This document shows positions 21,006 through 32,251 of a stretch of 64,000 nt of DNA, one piece after another. How positions within the stretch are numbered: position 1 is the stretch's first letter; each line of letters begins with the position of its first letter. Position numbers and translations under genes: made by a program. Below the pieces are notes generated by a model. It saw only the letters and a program-made list of their open reading frames with translations, was not told the DNA's origin and did not search any database. The stretch is from NCBI GenBank assembly GCA_004764695.1, contig SMSO01000035.1, positions 4,621,104 through 4,685,103 on the forward strand. Direction: 5' to 3'. The stretch comes from Schizochytrium sp. TIO01. Its lineage: Eukaryota; Protista; Bigyra: Labyrinthulomycetes.

Positions 21006-21753
21006 ATTTGCCTCATTTAATCTTTCAGTTTAAGGCGAGATCAAAAATAATGCACTGACAAGAACCCGATGATCGTTAGCGTTCCCGTACATGTGATCTG
21101 TGACAGTCCGAAAACCACGCGTTTCCAAGCCACAAAAAAAATAGTACAGTGAAACTAGCTTTCGTTGATTAAGCGCTACTGTAGGATTCGGCGCGGAGGT
21201 GGATAAAATTAGTAAGATCTTTCAAGTTCAACATGATCAAAAAGCACAACATAGTTCAGGTGCTCATTCTTTCATGTAGAGGACCTGGTAAGTAGTTTAC
21301 CAAACTTTTTTTTGCTGGTGTTGTTGATTCGACAGTTTTTAAGACAAGGAGATTTGATGAAAACTAAGCGGCAAGTTGAGAATGATTTTTTAAATGTATG
21401 TATAAGTATGTGCAGAGCAAAATAACTCTCTTTATTCACCATGCACGTAAGCTGGTTCGAATTGGCAGCCCTCCAGGAGCTGTGAGAAATTCACCTAGCT
21501 TACGTTCATAAGAGAAATGCAGCTTTGGCCACAGCCATAGAATAATGACTTGACAAAGTCGTAGACCGTTTCAAGGCGGAAGCATAAGATTTGTAAATAC
21601 AAAGGGGGGAGGATTAAAACAGAGTCGGTAGCACCTTCCTTGGCGATCGTGCTGATTTGTCCTGATAGCTCTCGAGCCTCAGCAATAACGCAAGCATGTG
21701 CTAGCAGACTAAAGGTGACAATTAAGCAAGGGCTTGTCCTAACAGACTTATGT

Positions 21754-22236
21754 CTAGACCCTAAAAGGTGAGACACGATGTACCATGCTACCCTTCTTGA
21801 CCCAGATCTGGCTGCAAGAGATGCTGAAGCCAGACTCTGTGACCACTACGGAAAGGTCCTCTTTGCGCCCGATGTCACGCGTGCGCACCTCCAGGTATGA
21901 GCTCGGATAGTGCACGGACGTTCCCATAGCCTCTGGCTCAAAGATGTGCGTCACCTCCCCGAGAGAGCGCACATGACCTGTCAGGCAGGTATGAGTAGCC
22001 TGTACGGCCTGGCGAGGCCCCGCAAGGCTGGTTGAGGCCGGTTCCAGCGAGGAGGACGCCGCGTCAAGGGCCCAAAGACCATGGATCATCGCCGTAGTTT
22101 CATCACTATGGTTTTCAACATCCGTAGAGTTTGAGACCGCACGCCACGCCAACGGAGCCGCTGCCGCAACGTTGGGCCGGCCGGGGAACTTTCCCACCTG
22201 GGAGACGCGCAGAGCGAAGCGACTGTGAGCGAGCAT
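21754..22236 (-). CDS. Hypothetical protein with mitochondrial-presequence-like N-terminus (160 aa)
   Basis: ATG at 22236 (MLAHSRFALRVSQVGK...). GC-rich, coding-like ORF with no recognised domain. Confidence 0.5.
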   Translation of the reverse strand: MLAHSRFALRVSQVGKFPGRPNVAAAAPLAWRAVSNSTDVENHSDETTAMIHGLWALDAASSSLEPASTSLAGPRQAVQATHTCLTGHVRSLGEVTHIFEPEAMGTSVHYPSSYLEVRTRDIGRKEDLSVVVTESGFSISCSQIWVKKGSMVHRVSPFRV

Positions 22237-23725
22237 GGCGAGGTCTGTGCAAAGCACCAAGCGGACGAAGAGGCAAGAAGAGCGTGGACGAAGTGCAGAC
22301 ACGGACGTTACAGAGTTTTGGATTTGCAGGATGCAATTGCGGATTTGAATTTCGTAGGTACCCACGTAGTATCAAGTTTTTCAAAGTTTGTTTTTTTATT
22401 CAAAGATTTGATTCGAATGAGCAGAGAACATTTATTTTGAATTCTCAGAGACAGAGGGAAAGTTAGCAGCGGATACTTCCTCCATACGCAAACCTTAGGA
22501 CGAAGAGGAGCCGGACGCTTACTGCGGGAAGGTTATTCCCTCTCTCTCCACTGGGCTCTACCACTGGTTTCTTTATCTCTTCCTTGCTGCAGCGCAAGAC
22601 TGACCAGGATCTTTGGAATCAAACTAATTTCTTTTTCTTGTGAGGGCTCCACTGCCACCAAGACCTTACCTCCCATTCCCCACTTTATTTTTTAACTTTT
22701 GCCTCTTAATCCACTGGGATAAACTTTTACACTGCCTCACATGCGAAGTAGAAGTTTCCAAAGAGAGAGCGGTTTTTCGACCGCCTTGTGTTACGGCGCA
22801 AAATAGCGCCGAGGTTCATTTGGACCATTCTCAAGCGTCCCTATGTCTCCATAGGAACTGATATCACGGCCGTAGGAAGGCTTACTGGAACTGAAGTGGG
22901 CCAGTTGAGACTTATGATAATTGCAATGTTGCTTGGAAACCTACGTATCGATTTTCAGGAATTGCTTTCGTAGAAGTGTTGATACCCTTCCTTCAACGAA
23001 GGGTGGTACGTGTTCCATCACATACGTAGCGCTGTAAATTATGGCATGCAAGAAAATAATCAAATAAGAAGTTGGCCAGATTTGGTTACGGATTTTATAT
23101 ATCTTGTTTTGTGTTTATACAGTTCGAAGCCAAGCAACAATCGTTTTCGTGCACTGATTTGCTCTCTGTGGTGTTGTTAGGCCTTCAAATGCGCATTTGC
23201 GAAGAGCCCACTGCATTACCTGATTCACTCTGCGAAAACCCAACAATATTCTATACTCTACTTTTCTGAAAGAAACAATTAAGTATTTACTTGTATAACG
23301 TATTTAGATTTGTCTGCTATAATGGAGTTTCGACTGGACGCAAGTAGACGAAAGGGAGCACAACTATGCTAAAGAACAGAACAATTGTTCAAATCATCGC
23401 CAAGATCGAACAAGAGCAATGGGATGAGCAATCGATCAACTCAGAGCATCAATCCTTCGATCCGCTGAACGGATCCCGCACGGCAGTTTGAGACGGAGCG
23501 TATAGCCGCTTGCGCTGTCGGCGAAGTTCCCCTCTGCGCGGGCAAGCCAACGAGCGAGTGAGCAACACAGAGGAGCGCCAGATCGAAGACGCAGGTTGAA
23601 TTTGCAGTAGCTTCTCGTGTTTTGACGACGCTCCGAAGCGGCAAGAGGTCTGTATCAAAAGACACGAGAAGGGCTCACAAGCGTGGATCAGGACATATAT
23701 ATATTATATTTTTTTGTAGAGGAGA

Positions 23726-25363
23726 ATGATGTTGGCGCGCTCGAGCGCTGCTTTGCGGGGCGTTTGGGGGCGAGGAAATGGCGTTGAACACGCGAAACTG
23801 GCAGCCAACCAGCTTCGGGCAGCAACAGCAATCTTCGGCGTAAGCGCTGTTCGAGAGCACAGTTTGCATCAAAAGCAACAACGAGCTTCAATGTCGTCGG
23901 CGATGGGTGTGCCAATGGACGAGCCGCGTCTTTTGGAGCAGATTAAGGAGTTTTATGACCGCGCAAGTGACTTTATTGATCTCGATGAGGGTGAACTGGA
24001 GCTGATCAAGGGCTGTGATGCTGCGCTTCGTGTGACATTTCCCTTCAAGCGTAAGGACGGCACTATTGTGGTAATTCAAGGCTACCGTGCCCACCATAGC
24101 CGGCACCGTCAGCCCGTGAAAGGAGGCATGCGATTCTCGTCGAGTGTAGATTTACAAGAGATTGAGGCCATGGCGGCCCTCATGACGCTCAAGTGTGCCG
24201 TGGTGGACGTACCTTTTGGCGGCGGCAAGGGAGGAATTCGCATTAATCCTAGCGACTACACGGAGAAGGAATTAGAGCGTATTGTTCGGCGCTTTACAAC
24301 AGAGCTTGCTAAAAAGTCTTTCATTGGACCTGGCCGCGACGTCCCGGGCCCAGATCTTGGTACTGGAGAGCGCGAGATGAGTTGGATGGCAGACACCTAT
24401 GTAAAGCTCTTTGGCGCCACTGACATTCATGCAAACGGTGTGGTCACCGGTAAGCCGCTCAGCATGGGTGGTATCGAAGGACGAACCGAAGCCACAGGTC
24501 TTGGTGTGTACTACGCAGTCCGTGAATTCATGAGCGACCCGTTTATCATGGAACAGGCTGGCCTCCGAGAAAGCACTAGCACAAACCTTGTGGGCCGTAG
24601 CTTCATTGTTCAAGGATTTGGCAAGGTCGGATACCATGCTGCTTTATACATTCACCGTGCTGGTGGTAAGATCGTCGGTGTTAGCGACCGAAAGTGTGGT
24701 ATTCTGCGTTGGGAGGGCATTGACCCAGAGTGGCTGAAGCAATACAAAATCGAGCATGGCAGTGTAGATGGCGCTTTCAAGGATAGTGATCTTGACGCAT
24801 GCTACCGCGGAGAGGATGTTAGCAAGCTTCTCGAGGAGCCGAGCGACGTTCTTGTCCTTGCAGCATTCCAGCAACAGATTCATGTTGGTAACGCCCCTCG
24901 AATCCAAGCACGTATCATTGTCGAGGCGGCAAATGGCCCTATCACGCCCTATGCGGAGGAAATCTTGGAACGTAGGAAATCTGGTCCAGCTGTCGTGATT
25001 CCTGATGTACTGGCGAGCGCAGGCGGTCTGACAGTTTCCTACTTTGAGTGGCTCAAGTCTCTCTCTAACGTTCGCTTTGGGCGCTTGACAAAGAAGTGGG
25101 AAGAACGTAGTAAACTTGTCATGCTTGAAGCTTGGGAAGAGATTGGTGGTTCCGTCGACTCTGAGAAGCGCCACCGTATCCTCCAGGGTCCTTCTGAGCG
25201 CGACATTGTCTTTTCTGGCCTCGCCGACAGCATGATTGTTGCTGCACAGGACACAATCGACACCTCAAAGCGTCTCCGATGCTCCTTGCGTCAAGCCGCT
25301 TATGTTAATGCCATCACAAAGATTCATGAGAGTATGAAGCACGCCGGTCTTTTCTTAGCCTAA
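23726..25363 (+). CDS. Mitochondrial glutamate dehydrogenase (GLUD1-like)
   Basis: GYRAHHS, PVKGGMRF, KCAVVDVPFGGGKGG, DVPGPDLGTGEREM, VTGKP...GRTEATGLG, VQGFGKVG, EAANGP and VSYFEWLK. Confidence 0.96.
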   Translation: MMLARSSAALRGVWGRGNGVEHAKLAANQLRAATAIFGVSAVREHSLHQKQQRASMSSAMGVPMDEPRLLEQIKEFYDRASDFIDLDEGELELIKGCDAALRVTFPFKRKDGTIVVIQGYRAHHSRHRQPVKGGMRFSSSVDLQEIEAMAALMTLKCAVVDVPFGGGKGGIRINPSDYTEKELERIVRRFTTELAKKSFIGPGRDVPGPDLGTGEREMSWMADTYVKLFGATDIHANGVVTGKPLSMGGIEGRTEATGLGVYYAVREFMSDPFIMEQAGLRESTSTNLVGRSFIVQGFGKVGYHAALYIHRAGGKIVGVSDRKCGILRWEGIDPEWLKQYKIEHGSVDGAFKDSDLDACYRGEDVSKLLEEPSDVLVLAAFQQQIHVGNAPRIQARIIVEAANGPITPYAEEILERRKSGPAVVIPDVLASAGGLTVSYFEWLKSLSNVRFGRLTKKWEERSKLVMLEAWEEIGGSVDSEKRHRILQGPSERDIVFSGLADSMIVAAQDTIDTSKRLRCSLRQAAYVNAITKIHESMKHAGLFLA

Positions 25364-25864
25364 GTAATAATACATTGAGCGAGGCTTTCAGTGGCAATGA
25401 CCTCGTCAGTGTTTCCTTTCGCGACCCGTTCTTTTGGGAGCGTGGCGTGGAGACTAATCATTATACATTTGCAACAACCAACCACGAAGGCAATCTACAC
25501 CATCCCATGCAATGAGAGGAGAAATGGTGAAAAAAAAATATCATTATAGCTGAAGAACGAAATCTCCGATTAACTGATGCCTTACTTCGTTCGTTTGTTT
25601 GTTTTTGTTTACTTTTCTTGAACGTAGAACTGTTCTTTGGACATAACATTTTATAGCCCAGTACATGCCACATAGCCCCCCCCCCCAAAAAAAAAGGATA
25701 CACAGATTTTCTAAAAATGTAGCTAGGGCTATAGCTTGTCGTCTAAAACGACATACTCGTGTTGGAGCTGCCAGACAGAACTTGTTTCAAATTATATAAC
25801 ACTAACTTCCCTGCTTTATAGGAGGTTGATAAACTCCGCCTCCATCTCGCCCAAAAATAAACGA

Positions 25865-26018
25865 ATGTTCTGGCAGGAAAGAGAGTGCAAAGTAAACGAA
25901 AGATAGGCCAAGGCACGATGTTCTGGCAGAAAGAGAGTGTCAAACATTGCAAAGTAAACGAAAGATAGGCCAAGGCCCAATGTTCTGGCAGGAAGAGAGT
26001 GGCATACATTGCAAAACG
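25865..26018. repeat. Imperfect 53-62-bp tandem repeat (about 2.6 copies)
   Basis: ATGTTCTGGCAG.AAGAGAGTG...TGCAAAGTAAACGAAAGATAGGCCAAGGC repeated between GDH and RAD1. Confidence 0.85.
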
Positions 26019-26195
26019 CTTCGAAGTGCTAAACATGCCCCTAATAGACTACTAGGAGCTTCATTTTTGGGAGTGGTAGTTGAGTTTTTTAAAAAAGAAA
26101 AGAAAAACAGCTTTGAAAGTTTTAGAAAACTCGTTCCTTGTCTTCACGTCCAAAACCATAATCGCAACCTCTCATTTAGGTGACAGAACGCAACC

Positions 26196-27275
26196 ATGTC
26201 TCAAACACGAGGAGGAGTTCGAGGAAGCACGCAGCAGAGCGAACAGACGCACCGCAATGCCCCAGCGTTCCGTGCGACCCTGGGCAGCGCCCAGGTGCTA
26301 TACACGACGCTCAAGGGCATCTCCAACGGGAAGAAGGATCAGCATGCGAACTGTGAGATCGACGCGCAAGGTTTGCAGTTTGTAGTCACAGATAAATCAC
26401 TTGCCGCACAGGGCCTTGCAAGCCTGAGCAGTAAGCTCTTCGAGGTATGGGATCTTTGTGGAAATGCTTCGATGAGCTTTCGAATTAATCTCACAGTGCT
26501 TCTGCAGTGCTTAGGTCTGCTAGGCAAAGAACTCACAGACACAATGCTAAAATTGACGTATTACGATGAGGAAGAGTACTTTAACCTACACCTTTTAGAG
26601 GGCCGCGTTGTTACAGAATGCAAGATTAGAACACTTTTTGACGAGTCTCGGCCCGATGGCCCAGTAGAGCTCGACAACGAAACCACATCCCAGAGAACCG
26701 AGACCAGTACCCGCAGCCGCGCACGAGCAGACTTCCAGGCAAACTTTCGCAACTTTCCAACGGTAAACCGTATGATTGTGAAGTCGTCTCAGCTTCGAGA
26801 TGCCTTTGCAGAGCTTGGTGAGCTTGCAGGTGCTGCTACGGTCTCGGTGCTCATGTCCCCACAGAAACCATTTTTTAGGCTATCTGCAGACGGCCAGCTG
26901 GCCAGCTGCAGCGTTGATTTTCCGCAAGGAGATGAATCGTTTTCTAGCATGAAGTGTGAAGAGCACAAGGTTTGCACATACCGTGCCTCACTCGTCCAGT
27001 TAGCCGGCAGGGCATTGCAGTTTGCAGATAAGACTTGTTTGCGCATGAATAAACAAGGAACACTGGCTTTACAGCATTTACTCGTGCAAAACGATGGGGT
27101 CAAATCCTATGTGGAGTTTTACATTTTATCCGATGCTGCCGAACTTGAGTCTCTGTCTGACGCAGATGATGAAGATGAGGATGATGACAATCAAGAGCGT
27201 GAGCATGAAGATGAGCCGGCTTCTACTTTACGAGTCGACCAATCTCAAGAAGATGACAATGACTCTCTCTCTTAA
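26196..27275 (+). CDS. RAD1: 9-1-1 checkpoint clamp subunit Rad1
   Basis: PCNA-fold pattern of Rad1/Rec1: GLQFVV, FRINLTVLLQCL, VTECKIRT, VKSSQLRDAFAEL, SPQKPFFRLS, KTCLRMNKQGTLALQH and YVEFYI. Acidic tail. Confidence 0.88.
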   Translation: MSQTRGGVRGSTQQSEQTHRNAPAFRATLGSAQVLYTTLKGISNGKKDQHANCEIDAQGLQFVVTDKSLAAQGLASLSSKLFEVWDLCGNASMSFRINLTVLLQCLGLLGKELTDTMLKLTYYDEEEYFNLHLLEGRVVTECKIRTLFDESRPDGPVELDNETTSQRTETSTRSRARADFQANFRNFPTVNRMIVKSSQLRDAFAELGELAGAATVSVLMSPQKPFFRLSADGQLASCSVDFPQGDESFSSMKCEEHKVCTYRASLVQLAGRALQFADKTCLRMNKQGTLALQHLLVQNDGVKSYVEFYILSDAAELESLSDADDEDEDDDNQEREHEDEPASTLRVDQSQEDDNDSLS

Positions 27276-28035
27276 ATGTCTCTGGAACCTGATCACTTTC
27301 TTCCTATCTTCTCGCTGCATCTATTGCCTGTAATCCTACTTCGTCAATAACCATATGATAATATTCCATATTTGACTTCTCTGTGACTGTTGACAATTAC
27401 TGACCATGTTTTTGGTACTTAAAGTCGACTGCCTGTTTTGCGATTTGCTTATTTAGACTTTCTCTGCAGGTTATTTGTTACTAATTATGTCCATCTAATG
27501 CATCTTGCTTACACCGTACACATGCCACTGCAACCACAAGTAACCTTCAGCGGTGAGATCACGATGAAAGTTTACTGTTCCTTTGCTTTAAGCCTTCACA
27601 TAATATACTATGTAACTGAAAATTCCATTCAATTTTGTCATCCGAGCTACACGAGAAACCCATGGTTCAAACATGTCTCTTCTGCCAGCATCTACGTCAC
27701 ACAGAAGACTTTTGGTTCAAAGTTCTTCCTTTCTGCTGACAAACAAACAAGTCACAGTGGAGATCTCCCTCTACTCTGTTAACATCCATGTTCCAGCGGA
27801 TATCTCAATTTAACTTCATTTAGTCTGTCTATCCTTTTACTCCAGGGCATATTTGCATGTAAGAGTCAAGTATCAAGCAAAAGAAATATTCATTCACGAC
27901 AATGAATCATCAATGATGCACGCATGTGTCAAATTTCACAAGAGAGATAGTTTTTGCTAAATTTGTTTGTTAGTTTTGCTTGTATGTAGGATGGGTTGGT
28001 TGATTAGTTGATTGGTATTAGGAACAATAATTCTC

Positions 28036-29325
28036 TTAGACATTGATGGCGCGGGAGAGGAGCTGTACCCTGTTGAGAAGCACATCACCCTGCTTAATGA
28101 CGCTCTGGTAGCGGGCGTTGGTCTCATTGGGCTGGCTAGACTCAATAACGCCGCCAACCTTGTCAATCTTTGCATTCAAGCGGCGCGAGGAAATGAAGTG
28201 GGAAAGCTCTGTGTCAAGGAATTCTGTGGAGATGCCGAATGACTTTGCCATGGAGCTGATGGTTACACTCTTGTAAGACTCAAGAAACTGCTGGTATGCC
28301 TTAATGCGCACCTCGCGAAAAAACCAATCCTTGTGCTTGGCAATGTATCGGTCTGTACACAGGCGTTGGTTGAGCTTAACGAGGGATGCAAAGAAACCTT
28401 TGTAGTCACACTCGTGCAGAGTGTTCATGAACTCCTGGAGGTTGTCCACGTCGCGTACAACAGCCAGGACCTCCGGCGAGTCGATGACCTTCTTTTTGAA
28501 GTCCACACGTCCTAGCGCCAGGATGCTCGTAACCACCGTGTAGAAGATGAAGGTCTCGTACGGGAAGAGCTCAGAGCTCGTGAAGGTGGCCACTGCTGAA
28601 AGAAAGTCCTCTGCAGCCTTGTTGAAGTCCCTCGACGCCATGTGGTACAGTCCCCGGTATACCTTAAGTCTGTTGCGGCGGTCCCAGTCGCCACCCTTCT
28701 CCAGGAGCCTCTCGGCCTCATCGAGGTTGGTCTTGACAAGCGTGTAGTCTCCCCAGAAAAATCCGAGGATAGCCTTTCGCAACACCACATCGATGAGCTG
28801 ACCAGTTGACATGGACTTAAGGCTTGCTACTTCATCATATGAGGCAAGAGCATCCTCCTTTGAGGCTGTGCGCGACTTGAACTTGGCGATCTTGAGCAAG
28901 GCCTCCATGACCTCGATCTCACCATGATTCTCCTCGGCGTCGCGCTTGAGATCCTCCAAGCGGTCGAGCTCGCGTTCGTTGGCGCGGTCCATAGCGGCTA
29001 CAATTTTCTCATCCATAATAAGGTTTCCCTCGGAGCATGCATTCCTATAGTAGACGGCCATGCGCTCGCGCTCAAGGCGCTCCATGAGGGCATCTGCCAC
29101 GTCGTTGCGATGAGGAACCAGATCGGCGCTGCATTCGAACATAAAGCGGAGCTCGGCAACTTCCATTCCCACGTCTTGGCCCTCGTCCTCATCAGGACTA
29201 GGGGGCTCGGCCGTGGGCACAGCGTGGACTACGCTGGCAGCCTGCTCCTCGACGTCCATGGCGTCATTTCCGCCTTGGCCTTCATCAGGCCGCTTCTTCG
29301 ACTTGCGCTTAAGGAGGCCAAACAT
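28036..29325 (-). CDS. RPN7: 26S proteasome regulatory subunit Rpn7/PSMD6
   Basis: GGDWDRRNRLKVY, ATFTSSEL and the PCI domain REVRIKAYQQFLESYKSVT...RLNAKIDKV...YQSVIKQGDVLLNRVQ. Confidence 0.96.
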   Translation of the reverse strand: MFGLLKRKSKKRPDEGQGGNDAMDVEEQAASVVHAVPTAEPPSPDEDEGQDVGMEVAELRFMFECSADLVPHRNDVADALMERLERERMAVYYRNACSEGNLIMDEKIVAAMDRANERELDRLEDLKRDAEENHGEIEVMEALLKIAKFKSRTASKEDALASYDEVASLKSMSTGQLIDVVLRKAILGFFWGDYTLVKTNLDEAERLLEKGGDWDRRNRLKVYRGLYHMASRDFNKAAEDFLSAVATFTSSELFPYETFIFYTVVTSILALGRVDFKKKVIDSPEVLAVVRDVDNLQEFMNTLHECDYKGFFASLVKLNQRLCTDRYIAKHKDWFFREVRIKAYQQFLESYKSVTISSMAKSFGISTEFLDTELSHFISSRRLNAKIDKVGGVIESSQPNETNARYQSVIKQGDVLLNRVQLLSRAINV

Positions 29326-30487
29326 TGTCTCGAGGCGGAGGGAACGCTCTGCTGCTGATGCTGCTTCTGCGTGTGACGAAGCGTAAGCGACCGGAGGACG
29401 CTAAGCTTTCGGGGTCTGGGGCTCAAGCTTTCTTCGTAGCTATCTATGCTTATGTTTGCTTTGGCTTCTTTCGTCTTCGTCGTCGTTCTCTGTATTTATC
29501 AGGATTCTCCTCCTTTTTCTTTGATTGGGGATCATAAAATGATATGGGAAAAGGCACATTTCTATTATAATCTTTAAGTTTTATACAAATCCTTTCTGAG
29601 GCCAGTCCCGTTGGAGTTCAATATTGAGGCCAGCTTCGTAAACCTTCTCTTTGGTCTTCACGCGTTGCTGATCGTCGATCGATGCGCTCTTTGATGCTTG
29701 CTTTCTGTCCTATTAAAATACACGTCCGAAAAGCGATTCAATACGCTCATTCTTTCAATCAAAAGAAAAAGCAGCGTAACAGTCTTGCAGTAGGAGTTCA
29801 TACCTATTCGTTAGGAGTGGGAGGGAAGAGAGCGAACTTCGTCCAACGGCGAAGAGTCTTATGGGAGAAACACGCAATCTTTGGTATGCTTTTAAGTGTA
29901 ACGAACAAGGTGTATTAAAGCTGTCTAATAGGACTAGGGGTTAGTTGAGGCATTGTGAAAAGACGAATGACTTGAAGATAAACACATGAACTTGGATTCT
30001 AGGCATGCTCCAGACTGCAGCACCATGGATGAATTTAAATGTCTCTGCCAGAATCCGCCAATTTAGGCTGTTGCTAAAATTGTCGAACTTAGATTTACGC
30101 TCCCAAGTGCTGAGGAGTAATAATTATGGTGACAGTGAATTATTTATCTATCAGCTACCTATGTAGAGCTAGAGTAGTCTCACTGAAGTCTCCACGGCTG
30201 GCCGCAAATCTTTTCTCAGCTACCAGGCTATAAACCCATGCACGGATCATTTGATATACGCAGTCTACATGCAGATTGGCATGCTCTATGGAAAACTTGA
30301 GCTTGTAGCGAAGACCGTCCACTCTGAGGTAAAAGTCTAGCAAGTCACATTTGGTTGCCACTTCAATATATTATCAGGTGTAGCGTTATTACTATTACAA
30401 TTACAACATTTATAGCAGTATAATTATTGTTATGTACACCAAAATAGCTAATAATACAAAGCAAAACGCGATCAGAGAGTCGAGACG

Positions 30488-31444
30488 ATGTGGACTTTGC
30501 GGCTAGCGGCTGCGTTCGCAGCGCTGGCAGCTGTGTTGTCACCAACATTGGCGTGCATGCCAGCAGACAGCGACGGCTCTGTGGAGATTGGCTCGACGAC
30601 CTACGTGTGTTTGGTGAGAGATAACTCCGAGTACCTGCCGTCGAAACCGAGGGCAGATCGCTACTCGAGGTTCACGGTGTCTGGGTGTAAGTTCTGCGCT
30701 GTGGCGCGCGGGAAGTGAGAGCTTCTTCGCGGACTTTGATGAGGAATCTGAGGTTTCATGTACTGACGCACGTTAATTGGTTCATGCTTTTAAAAATATT
30801 CTCTCTGCTGGATGCTAACTTTGATGAACTCGGTTTGGCTTTCAATCGTGTCTGCGATGGACGTAAAACCTTACGTTTGCTTTTTTTTGGACTACCCAAA
30901 TTGCATGAACGAACTTTTTTTAATTTTCTGGGATAACATTGCAGCCTACGAACGCAACCAAGATTCCTGTAGAGATGAACTTTTTCATATCGAAAGTATG
31001 GGAGTCACATCTAGCTTCCGGAAGCGTTACTGCACAATAAATGATGACGGAGACATTTTGTACTTCCCGATCCTCACAGCCATCATTACTGTGGATGAGA
31101 GTGGTGTTACTGATATTTCTTGGGATGATGGCTGCTATTTTACTGACAGCAGTGTTTCCGACAGTGTGCAAGTATGCGTACCGAATGCGTATAGCTCAAA
31201 CTCGACTGGTGCGATTGATTCTGTGCCTGAGCCTGCAGAAGGATACGACACTGCATTAACCTCAGAAACCTGCGAAGGCGAACCTGACGGTTTTTGCGAC
31301 CTTGCCGTCTATGTTGCCTGGACTGGAAAGGACGTCAATGGTCGCTACATGGGCAGTGGTGGTCGGCGTTTTAGCGTATACCGCGATTATGATTTGCAGA
31401 CACAGTATGATGCAATGCGCCTTTTTCTATTGAACGAAAAGTAA
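30488..31444 (+). CDS. Secreted, acidic, Cys-rich hypothetical protein (two exons, 30488-30686 and 30945-31444; 232 aa)
   Basis: Signal peptide MWTLRLAAAFAALAAVLSPTLA. A GTAAGT donor at 30687 and TTGCAG acceptor at 30944 join the two ORFs in frame (phase 1: ...TVSG-S-YERNQ...). Confidence 0.75.
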
Positions 31445-32251
31445 AGGAACACATGCAATGAGGATCACTATGTACTACTACGACCATCCATAAACACATT
31501 CTGCAAATTTCTCCTGAAATTCCTGGACCCAGCTGTAAACGGGTAATTTTAAATTCCTACCGCTGCTATCCTCCTCATTGGTGGGCCATCGTTAATTTTG
31601 TGTAACAACATAGAGACTGGCCTAGTAACGAAAATTATGCAGCTCCATCATATGCGATTTATGTCTAAACTTCTTTTCTTTTTTTCTTTTGGTTTTACTT
31701 GCTTTTTGTTGTAAACAGGTGTAGTCAGCCCTTTGTTTCTGCATCAGATTAGGATAGAGAGAAAAAGTGGTAAAAGTTGCGTCGTACGTGTATGTTACTA
31801 AACCCGCAGCCGTGAATCTTCTTCTGGGTGTGTGTTGAATCTCTTCATATGCGGTGCTATGAGTAGTGAACATTTCAAAGATTTGCCTTTTGCAAGAACA
31901 GGAACTTGTTTTAAAAAAGAATAAACCAAGCAGTCATGTTTCTAGGGACGATCAACAGACCTGGATGCAAATTTTCAATGAGAACAAAAGCTCAAATCTT
32001 ACTTTTTCAATTCGCCCTTATAAAAGATACTGAATAAAGCAGGATGATGACCGAAAAAACAAACAAAAACGAATATAACAAACATGGTGTAGTTAACAAT
32101 AAGAATGTTTAATTGGGCTCAATTTGGTAATGTACGGGCAACTTGAATGACAGCCTTGTCAAGTTTGGAATATTTATATTAAGAGAACAAAAATAGAACG
32201 CAGCACTTCTTTTAACAATGTCTGCGTGACCAACTTCCCTTCATGGCTAGC

